This document shows, piece after piece, positions 25,081 through 32,000 of a stretch of DNA of 32,000 nt. Location of the stretch: assembly GCF_000025685.1 (NCBI RefSeq), contig NC_013967.1, positions 1,080,001 through 1,112,000 on the forward strand, read 5' to 3'. Position 1 is the first letter of the stretch. Each line of letters starts with the position of its first letter. Made by a program: the position numbers and the translations under genes. The DNA comes from Haloferax volcanii DS2. GTDB taxonomy: Archaea > Halobacteriota > Halobacteria > Halobacteriales > Haloferacaceae. Under the pieces are notes generated by a model. The model did not search any database and was not told where the DNA came from. It saw only the letters and a program-made list of their open reading frames with translations.

Positions 25081-25826
25081 GCAGTCAATTCTCTCTCGGG
25101 CTATCCGGGCACGACCGTCTCGAAAAGGAACTCGGCGGCGGCATCCCCAAGGGTGCCATCGTCCTCATCGAAGGGGACTACGGCGCCGGAAAAAGCGTGC
25201 TGTCGCAGCGATTCAGCTACGGCCTCTGCGACGAGGAAACGGTGGTGACGCTCGTCTCGACCGAGTTGGGCGTCCGCGGCTTCCTCGACCAGATGCACTC
25301 GCTTTCGTACGACATCGTCAAGCATCTTCTCGACGAGCAGATTCTGTTCCTTCAGGCCGAAATCGACAGCAGCGGCGCGCTCTCCGGCGCGAGCAGCCAA
25401 GAGGAGCGCAAACAGCTCCTCCGGCGGCTGATGGACGCCGAGACGCTCTGGGACGCCGACGTCATCATCATCGACACGTTCGACGCCATCCTGCGCAACG
25501 ACCCGCAGTTCGAGGCGCTGGTCCGGCAGAACGACGAGCGGCAGGCCGCCCTCGAAATCATCTCGTTTTTCCGCGAGCTGACGACGAAGGGCAAGACCAT
25601 CATCATCACCGTCGACCCGTCGTCGGTCGACGAGGGCTCTATCGGCCCGTTCCGCTCTATCGCCGACGTCTACTTCGAACTGGAGATGGTGGAGGTCGGC
25701 AACGACGTTCGCCGGAACATCTTCGTGAAGCGCTTCGCGGGGATGGGCCAGCAGGTCGGAGACCGCGTCGGCTTCTCGGTCCGGTCGGGTATCGGGCTCG
25801 TCATCGAGTCGAGGAGCGTGGCGTAG
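25077..25826 (+). CDS. arlH: Archaellum KaiC-like ATPase ArlH (FlaH)
   Basis: 249 aa. [22 protein letters not shown] (Walker A), DVIIIDTF (Walker B-like). ATGA overlap with arlG, immediately upstream of arlI. Confidence 0.9.
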   Translation: MSSQFSLGLSGHDRLEKELGGGIPKGAIVLIEGDYGAGKSVLSQRFSYGLCDEETVVTLVSTELGVRGFLDQMHSLSYDIVKHLLDEQILFLQAEIDSSGALSGASSQEERKQLLRRLMDAETLWDADVIIIDTFDAILRNDPQFEALVRQNDERQAALEIISFFRELTTKGKTIIITVDPSSVDEGSIGPFRSIADVYFELEMVEVGNDVRRNIFVKRFAGMGQQVGDRVGFSVRSGIGLVIESRSVA

Positions 25827-27491
25827 ATGGCGACCGAACACGGCTCCGCCAGGCTGTCGGACGACCTCAAGCGCCTCGCGATGCAGTGGCCGCACCTGCG
25901 GGACCACCTCAAGCGGTTCCGGCAGATTACCGGCGAGTTCCCGATGCTCGTCGACGAGCCGGGCGACTACGAGTCCCGGCGTCCGAACATCATCTACCCG
26001 CTGGGCGGCCCCGTGTTCTGCCAGATATACGGCAACTTCGGCGAGACGACGAAGTACTACACCATCGAACCCGAGATGGACGACGACGAACTCGAAGTGT
26101 TCGGTCGCGTCAAGGACAAACTGCTCGAACGCAGCGTCTCGAAGCCGGCACCCGAAGAAAGCGCCGACTACGAGGAGCGCATCGAGGAGTTGCTCTCCGA
26201 AATCGTCCACATCGAGGGCGACGACCGCGGGCCGCTCGGCTCCGTGGCCAAGCGACTCGACGTGGCCGGCATCGAAGTCTCGCAGACGACGTACGACAAG
26301 ATACAGTACCGACTCGTCCGCGACATCGTCGGCCTCGGGCCGCTCGAACCCATCATGCGCGACCCGGAGAACGAGGACATTCACGTCATCGGTCCCGCCC
26401 AGGTCGACGTCGACCACGGCACGTTCGGCCTCCTGGAGACGAGCGTCGAGTTCGACAGCACGGAGCAGTTCGACAACTGGCTCCGCAACATGGGCGAACG
26501 AATCGGTGACCCCGTCTCCGACGCCCACCCCATCGTGGACTCCACGCTCCCCGACGGCTCGCGTATCAACATCATCTACTCCGACGACGTGTCGCTGAAG
26601 GGGTCGTCGCTCACCATCCGTCAGGGCGACGACGTGCCGCTTTCGATCTTCCAGATTACGAAGTGGGGAACGCTCTCGCCGGAGTTGGCCGCGTACCTCT
26701 GGATCGCGCTGGAGAACGAACGAACCATCTTCGTGGTCGGGGAGACGGCGTCGGGCAAGACCACGACGCTCAACGCCATCCTCTCGTTCATTCCGCAGGA
26801 CTCGAAGATTTACACGGCGGAGGACACCGCCGAGGTGCTCCCGCCGCACGACACGTGGCAGCAACTGCTCACCCGCGAGGGCCGCGGCTCCGACTCCGAA
26901 GTCGACATGTTCGACCTCGTCGCGGCCGCGCTCCGCTCTCGCCCCGACTACATCATCGTCGGGGAGGTCCGTGGCGAGGAGGGACGCATGGCGTTCCAGG
27001 CGGCCCAGACCGGCCACCCGGTGATGCTCACGTTCCACGCGTCCGACATCGTCTCGATGATTCAGCGTTTCACCGGCGACCCCATCAACGTCCCCGAGAC
27101 GTTCATGGACAACTGCGACATCGCGCTGTTCCAAAACCGCGTCCGCCGGGGCAACGACATTCTCCGCCGGGTGACGAGCGTGCAGGAAATCGAGGGCTAC
27201 TCGAAAGAGATGGGCGGCGTCGTCACTCGCGAGGCGTTCTACTGGGACCCCGTCCAAGACGAGATCGTCTTCCAGGGGATGAACAACTCCTTCATCATGG
27301 AACAGAAGGTGGCGACGCTCCTCGGCTACGACGACACGCGGAAAATCTACGACGACATCCAGTTCCGCGCCGAACTCGTCCGCCGGGCGATTCAGGAGAA
27401 CGTCCTCGGCTACCACGAGGTGAACGAGCTCATCGAGGACTACCAGCGCGACGGCGTCGAAGGACTGCCGTTCGACATGGCGAGGGTGTAA
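25827..27491 (+). CDS. arlI: Archaellum motor ATPase ArlI (FlaI)
   Basis: 554 aa type II/IV secretion ATPase family. Walker A GETASGKTTTLNA, Walker B/Asp box DYIIVGEVRGEE, His box GHPVMLTFHA. Confidence 0.95.
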   Translation: MATEHGSARLSDDLKRLAMQWPHLRDHLKRFRQITGEFPMLVDEPGDYESRRPNIIYPLGGPVFCQIYGNFGETTKYYTIEPEMDDDELEVFGRVKDKLLERSVSKPAPEESADYEERIEELLSEIVHIEGDDRGPLGSVAKRLDVAGIEVSQTTYDKIQYRLVRDIVGLGPLEPIMRDPENEDIHVIGPAQVDVDHGTFGLLETSVEFDSTEQFDNWLRNMGERIGDPVSDAHPIVDSTLPDGSRINIIYSDDVSLKGSSLTIRQGDDVPLSIFQITKWGTLSPELAAYLWIALENERTIFVVGETASGKTTTLNAILSFIPQDSKIYTAEDTAEVLPPHDTWQQLLTREGRGSDSEVDMFDLVAAALRSRPDYIIVGEVRGEEGRMAFQAAQTGHPVMLTFHASDIVSMIQRFTGDPINVPETFMDNCDIALFQNRVRRGNDILRRVTSVQEIEGYSKEMGGVVTREAFYWDPVQDEIVFQGMNNSFIMEQKVATLLGYDDTRKIYDDIQFRAELVRRAIQENVLGYHEVNELIEDYQRDGVEGLPFDMARV

Positions 27492-27495
27492 CGAG

Positions 27496-29238
27496 ATGGC
27501 AGGGGAACAGAGCACGTCGATGCAGGCGGTGCAGGTCCGGGACTTCATCAGCGACATCATCGAGTCGTACGAGCAGATGCCGATGGAGCTGCCGCGGTAC
27601 CTGCTCGCGGTGCTCGGCCCTGCCATCGTGTTTTTCTTGCTCTCTGTGGCCGGTGCCATCGCGCTTCCCCTTCCCCTCCTCGTCCGCATTCCCGTGTTCC
27701 TCCTCGGCGTGTTGCTCTTGGGCGGGGCCGTTCTCTACCCGCGGCTCCTCGTCGAACAGACGCGCCGCAGCTTGGAGAACCAACTGCACCTGCTTATCAC
27801 GCACATGACCGTGCTCTCGACGACGAACATCGACCGCGTCGCCGTGTTCCGAACGCTCGCGCGCGAAGAGGAATACGGCGAGTTGGCGACCGAGATGAAC
27901 CGCATCGTCCAGCTCGTCGACGCGTGGAACCAGTCGCTCGACGACGCCTGTCAGCGCCGGGCGCGGGAGGTCCCGTCGAAGCCGCTCGCCGACTTCCTCG
28001 ACCGGCTCGCGTACTCCATCAACGCGGGGCAGAGCATCGACGACTTCCTCCTCGGCGAGCAGAACGCGATGATTCAGAAGTACATCACCGTCTACGAGAG
28101 CGCCCTCGGGAATCTGGAGGTCATGAAGGACCTCTACCTCTCGATGATTCTGTCGATGACGTTCGCCATCATCAACGCCATCGTGCTCCCCATCCTGACG
28201 GGGACCGACGCGACGATGACCATCGGCGCGGTCATCGTGCTGTTCGTCTTCGTGCAGTTGGGCTTTTACTTCGTCATCCGGACGATGTCGCCGCACGACC
28301 CGCTGTGGTACCACCAGCGGGAGTACCGGACGAAGGCGAACCGGCAGATAGACATCACGCTGTACGGCGCGGTCGGCCTCTCTATCACGATGGTGCTCGT
28401 GCTCGCGTTGGGCACGTTCAATCTGACTCCCGTCGGCGCGACGGTTCGGCCCATCATGATTGAGCTCCCGATTCCGCTTCTCATCTCGACCCCGCTGACG
28501 CCGCTCGCGGTCCCCGGTATCGTCGCGCGCCGCCACGAGAAACGCATCGGCGAACGCGACGAGGAGTACCCCGGCTTCATCCGCGCGCTCGGGGCCTCGG
28601 AGACGGCGAAACAGAGCACGACGACGGCCGTCCTGAAGACGCTCAAGACGAAGGACTTCGGCGTCCTCTCGCGTGAAATCGCCCGGCTGTACACGCGGCT
28701 TCGGATGCGACTCGACCCCGACCGCTCGTGGTTCTTCTTCACCGCGGAGACGAACTCCTACCTCGTCCAGAAGTTCTCCGAGATGTACAACGTCGGCCGG
28801 TCGATGGGTGGCAAGCCGAAGCTTCTCGGCGAACTCATCAGCCGCAACATGAACGAGATTATCAAGCTCCGCCGCCAGCGGAAGCAGTCGACCGTCACGC
28901 TCATCGGCGTCCTCTACGGCATCACGGCCTCCGCGTCGTTCGCCTTCTTCATCGGGCTGGAAGTCGTCGAGATTCTCGCGTCGTTTTCGACGGAGATGAA
29001 CCTCGACAGCCTCCAGTTCGGGACGCTCATCTACGCCGGCGTCTACGACGTGCCCTTTATCGAGTACATGCTGACGCTCATCATCCTGTTCAACGCCCTC
29101 CTGTCGTCGCTCATGATTCGGATGGTCGACGGGGGGCACAAGGCGAACGCGTACCTCCACTTCGTGATGCTCGTCTGGGTTGGCTCCCTGATGGCGGTCG
29201 CGACCTCGTCGCTCGCAGGAGCGCTGATTAGTGTATGA
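27496..29238 (+). CDS. arlJ: Archaellum membrane platform protein ArlJ (FlaJ)
   Basis: 580-aa polytopic membrane protein with two TadB/C-GspF-like halves, directly downstream of arlI. Confidence 0.92.
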   Translation: MAGEQSTSMQAVQVRDFISDIIESYEQMPMELPRYLLAVLGPAIVFFLLSVAGAIALPLPLLVRIPVFLLGVLLLGGAVLYPRLLVEQTRRSLENQLHLLITHMTVLSTTNIDRVAVFRTLAREEEYGELATEMNRIVQLVDAWNQSLDDACQRRAREVPSKPLADFLDRLAYSINAGQSIDDFLLGEQNAMIQKYITVYESALGNLEVMKDLYLSMILSMTFAIINAIVLPILTGTDATMTIGAVIVLFVFVQLGFYFVIRTMSPHDPLWYHQREYRTKANRQIDITLYGAVGLSITMVLVLALGTFNLTPVGATVRPIMIELPIPLLISTPLTPLAVPGIVARRHEKRIGERDEEYPGFIRALGASETAKQSTTTAVLKTLKTKDFGVLSREIARLYTRLRMRLDPDRSWFFFTAETNSYLVQKFSEMYNVGRSMGGKPKLLGELISRNMNEIIKLRRQRKQSTVTLIGVLYGITASASFAFFIGLEVVEILASFSTEMNLDSLQFGTLIYAGVYDVPFIEYMLTLIILFNALLSSLMIRMVDGGHKANAYLHFVMLVWVGSLMAVATSSLAGALISV

Positions 29239-30353
29239 CTGACGACGGACCACAGAGACAGACCCGAGATACGATGCCAGACACAGGAGGCGAACAGACC
29301 GCACAGGAGGCCCGTTCCCGCGCGCCCGAGGGGGGCGACGTGGCGAAAAGCGATCTCCTGCAGGCGTACCGCCGGAAGAAGTCCGAACCGTCGGACGAAC
29401 GCGAGGAACAAGAGCGGGAGCGCTCGAAGAAGCAGACGGAAAAACAGACCAGCGACGGCGAGTCCATCGTCGTCGACTTCGTCGCCAACTTCGTCGCCGG
29501 CGGCAACGCCTCGTTCGACCCCGTCAAGGGGCGCGTCCTGATGAGCCAACGGCGGCTCATCCTCGCCACGTCGAAGGCGAAGACCGTCATTCCCATCACG
29601 TCCATCTTCGACATCGCCGTCGGGCAGGTTCCCCCGGAGGTCGAGGAGTTCTTCGACTACACCGTGATGGTGGGCTACATCATCGGCCGCCAGCGACGGA
29701 CGACCGTCATCGGCGGCGACCGCGAGACCATCGAGAAGTTCTCGCTGCTGTTGTTCCGCGCGGCGCTCAACGGCTCGCGCGCGCAGGTTACCCACCCGGC
29801 CCGCATCGGCGGCCGCGTCCTCGACACGGAGCGCCGACCCTCGGGCCTGCATCTCGACTACGAGGCCGTCACGTTCCCCGACGACGACGGCCCGCTCACG
29901 GAGAACGGCGAGCCGTTCCACATCGACCTCGCGAGCGTCATCTTCTTCGAGGTGCTCGAACGGACCGTCGACGGCGAAACGCGACTGGTGCTTTCGGTCC
30001 AGCACGTCAAACAGGGCCAGACGGTCACCTCCGAGATAACGCTCGACTCGCGGCGGAAGATGAACATCCTCGGGCGCTACCTCAGACTCGTCTACCACTG
30101 GATAAAGTCGGGCGTCCGCGACGTCGAAATCACCGAACAGGGCCTCGAAGTCCTCGTCGGGCTGTACTCCGCCGGCGAGATGGCCGCCGAGGTCGACTTC
30201 AGCGAACTCCTCGGCGTCGAAGGGGAAGTCCTCGAAGCGGAACTGGAGACGCTCCACGAGGAGGAACTCATCGGCGACGACGAACTGCCGACCTCGCTGA
30301 CGCCGCAAGGGCGGTTCGTCGTCAACGAGGAAATCGAAGACGTGAACGTCTGA
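29235..30353 (+). CDS. cheF: CheF-family (DUF439) archaeal chemotaxis adaptor, paralog with a charged N-terminal extension
   Basis: VVDFVANFVAGG...KGRVLMSQRRLILATSKAKTVIPITSIFDI parallels SGRILLSNRRLILAGTGGKRTIQLSKIQEF of the 30849-31715 product. The C-terminal segments are also similar (LEVLVGLYSAGE... versus KQVLTALYSGVS...). ATGA overlap with the arlJ stop. Confidence 0.8.
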   Translation: MTDDGPQRQTRDTMPDTGGEQTAQEARSRAPEGGDVAKSDLLQAYRRKKSEPSDEREEQERERSKKQTEKQTSDGESIVVDFVANFVAGGNASFDPVKGRVLMSQRRLILATSKAKTVIPITSIFDIAVGQVPPEVEEFFDYTVMVGYIIGRQRRTTVIGGDRETIEKFSLLLFRAALNGSRAQVTHPARIGGRVLDTERRPSGLHLDYEAVTFPDDDGPLTENGEPFHIDLASVIFFEVLERTVDGETRLVLSVQHVKQGQTVTSEITLDSRRKMNILGRYLRLVYHWIKSGVRDVEITEQGLEVLVGLYSAGEMAAEVDFSELLGVEGEVLEAELETLHEEELIGDDELPTSLTPQGRFVVNEEIEDVNV

Positions 30354-30358
30354 CGCTG

Positions 30359-30364
30359 TTTTTT
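30359..30364 (+). terminator. T6 tract after the arl-cheF operon
   Basis: tttttt begins 6 nt after the cheF stop (tgacgctgttttttctgg). Confidence 0.35.
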
Positions 30365-30428
30365 CTGGCGGAAGCGGTTCCGTCGGGTGGTTGCGAAGAA
30401 CCATCAACTGGTCAACTAATCAGACACC

Positions 30429-30791
30429 ATGCGGACGCGGACTTCGTCGCTCGTCGGCCTGGCAATCGGAAGCGTGGTCAGCTACTCCTTCGGCTTCCGA
30501 CACGGCGACGCGTTGGTCGGCGTCACCCTGCTTCTCACGTACACAATTGTGGGCTTCGGATTCGTTGCCTTTCCCGCGTACCGCTGGCGATGGTCCGGGC
30601 CGAACGACCACTTCTGGTACAGCATAATCGGCGTCCTGAGCGCTCTTTTACCAATCCTCGCGATTCATGGCCTAGGCCTCGAACCCGGAGAGCGCGTGCG
30701 GGGCATCGTTCTCTTGGCCGGGGTCTGGTTGGGAGGCGTCTACGGTGGAATCGCGCTCGAACGGGCCTCTCAGCGCGCGAGCGACGACTGA
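30429..30791 (+). CDS. Small hypothetical membrane protein (120 aa, ~4 TM)
   Basis: Hydrophobic segments LVGLAIGSVVSYSFGF, LVGVTLLLTYTIVGFGFVAF, FWYSIIGVLSALLPILAIHGL and GIVLLAGVWLGGVYGGIAL. No family recognised. Confidence 0.55.
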   Translation: MRTRTSSLVGLAIGSVVSYSFGFRHGDALVGVTLLLTYTIVGFGFVAFPAYRWRWSGPNDHFWYSIIGVLSALLPILAIHGLGLEPGERVRGIVLLAGVWLGGVYGGIALERASQRASDD

Positions 30792-30848
30792 CGAGCGCGA
30801 CGCGTCGCTCTCGGTTCGACGACTGCGCCGCGAAAAACCGAGTGCTGG

Positions 30849-31715
30849 CTACTGCTCGTTGATGGCGTCCGACGCGATACTGCGGCCGCGAGCGTTGAGT
30901 TGCACCTCGTGGCGCACGCGAATCTCCTCGACGACGTTGTGGTCGATGAGTCGCTGAAAGAGTTCCTCGACTTCGTCCACGTCGAGGCCGAGGAAGTTCG
31001 GGATGTCGAACGGCGAGACGCCGGAGTACAGCGCCGTGAGGACCTGTTTGTCCGTCTCGCTCAGTTCGATGGAGGTCTCCGAAAGCTCCTCGCCCTCGCG
31101 GAGGAGCGTGTAGAGGAAACTGACGGCGCGGTCGGAGCCGGAGATGTACGTCTGGAGGCTCGTCCCCTCGTCGTCGGAGTGTTCGACCTCGATGACGCTG
31201 CGGTGTTCGTCGACGATGGTCCGCTCGCCGGTCTTCACGTCGCCGATGTCGTCGAGGCGGATTTCGACGAACTTGCCGCCGACGGTCGCCATGCTCACGG
31301 CCTCCGTCTCGACTTTGAGCCGGGATTTCTCCCACTCGGTGTTCTGGACGACGCCGCCGGCGACCGCGGGGTGTCGCGCGAGGAACTGCTCGGTGTTGAG
31401 GAGCGCGCCGAAGAAGTCCGTCTCGAACTCGTCGTAGTCGACGGGCGCGAGCAGGACGACGCCCGACGGGATGTGGACGCTGAAGTAGTCGGAGACGGTC
31501 GCGATGCGTTGGTTCACGTCGTACCGGCCGCCGAACTCCTGTATCTTCGAGAGCTGAATCGTCCGCTTGCCGCCCGTGCCCGCGAGGATGAGCCGCCGGT
31601 TCGAAAGCAGGATGCGGCCGCTCGTCCAGTCCACGTCGTGCATCTCCCGGCCGTTCTTGACGACTTGGAGGAACCGCCCGCGCGTGTCCCCGAGCTTTTG
31701 CTCACCGGGTTTCAT
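30849..31715 (-). CDS. cheF: CheF-family (DUF439) archaeal chemotaxis adaptor
   Basis: 288 aa. GRILLSNRRLILAG, a beta-rich core, and a C-terminal helical segment LSETDKQVLTALYSGVSPFDIPNFLGLDVDEVEELFQRLIDHNVV. The cheR stop lies 3 nt upstream, consistent with cotranscription. Confidence 0.85.
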   Translation of the reverse strand: MKPGEQKLGDTRGRFLQVVKNGREMHDVDWTSGRILLSNRRLILAGTGGKRTIQLSKIQEFGGRYDVNQRIATVSDYFSVHIPSGVVLLAPVDYDEFETDFFGALLNTEQFLARHPAVAGGVVQNTEWEKSRLKVETEAVSMATVGGKFVEIRLDDIGDVKTGERTIVDEHRSVIEVEHSDDEGTSLQTYISGSDRAVSFLYTLLREGEELSETSIELSETDKQVLTALYSGVSPFDIPNFLGLDVDEVEELFQRLIDHNVVEEIRVRHEVQLNARGRSIASDAINEQ

Positions 31716-31718
31716 CGC

Positions 31719-32000
31719 TCACCTCCCGACCGCGGCGTCGCTCGCGCGGTAGATGCGGAGTCGTTTCTCGACGGGGTCGAACTGCTGTCTGCACGTCGGC
31801 GGGATGGTTTCGGTCATGCCGATGGTGAGGTAGCCGTCCGGGTTCAGCGCGGAGCCGAGCGTCTCGAAGACGGCGCGCTTCGACTCGGCGTTGATGTAGA
31901 TGAACAGGTTCCGGCAGACGACGAGGTCGAACGTCCCCGGCGGCTCCTCGCGGATGAGGTCCCGCCGCTCGAAGCGGACCATGTCGGTGACGGCGTCTTT
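31719..32000 (-). CDS. cheR: Chemotaxis protein methyltransferase CheR (3' part; 5' end beyond the window)
   Basis: FDLVVCRNLFIYINAESKRAVFETLGSALNPDGYLTIGMTE is the C-terminal SAM-methyltransferase region typical of CheR. The frame is open to the window edge. Confidence 0.85.
   Translation of the reverse strand, partial: KDAVTDMVRFERRDLIREEPPGTFDLVVCRNLFIYINAESKRAVFETLGSALNPDGYLTIGMTETIPPTCRQQFDPVEKRLRIYRASDAAVGR

Noticed and set aside
25101-27689. The longest ORF in the window (862 aa, minus strand), antisense to arlH/arlI
   Set aside because: Its Arg/Val/Asp-rich composition is low-information and has no recognisable motifs. It fully overlaps two genes with unmistakable ATPase motifs on the opposite strand. 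Long stop-free antisense frames are expected in GC-rich DNA.
27430-29304. 624-aa minus-strand ORF antisense to arlJ, with similar shadows at 29043-30407, 30535-31335 and 14694-16325
   Set aside because: Arg/Gly/Asp-rich nonsense composition opposite well-supported genes. Same GC-driven artefact.
16507-32000. Apparent absence of cheA, cheB, cheW and transducer (MCP) genes from the chemotaxis cluster
   Set aside because: The window ends inside cheR, and the missing genes commonly lie just beyond cheR in haloarchaeal clusters. Absence within the window is not evidence of absence from the genome.

Overview
The sequence is visibly GC-rich, and its credible ORFs encode strongly acidic proteins. 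This points to a haloarchaeal (class Halobacteria) chromosome segment. The species cannot be named without a database search.

The left ~11.5 kb is ordinary metabolism and transport:
- A proline-catabolism pair (aldehyde/P5C dehydrogenase and proline dehydrogenase) flanks an HTH_10 regulator.
- A five-gene Liv-type ABC amino-acid transporter operon carries two lesions: a 28-bp tandem duplication frameshifts the binding-protein gene, and livH is 5'-truncated.
- A kinase-fold gene, a universal stress protein and an acyl-CoA dehydrogenase complete this part.

The right ~20 kb is an archaellum/chemotaxis supercluster:
- cheY-cheC-cheD, then two tandem archaellin genes.
- A tightly coupled arlCE-arlF-arlG-arlH-arlI-arlJ-cheF operon.
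- A second cheF and the 3' end of cheR.

Several genes interleaved with these are not part of the described archaellum/Che core:
- a divergent actin/MreB/PilM-like (ASKHA-fold) gene;
- two extra ArlD/E-domain genes;
- a 7TM-PAS-PAS histidine kinase;
- a second KaiC-like ATPase;
- a small wHTH regulator just upstream of the archaellins;
- an acidic orphan protein;
- a small membrane protein.

The best candidate for an undescribed module is 11481-16214: ArlD/E-like gene, histidine kinase, actin-like gene, ArlD/E-like gene.

I found no tRNA, rRNA, CRISPR array or IS element. All functional calls rest on motif recognition by eye, with no HMM or BLAST run.
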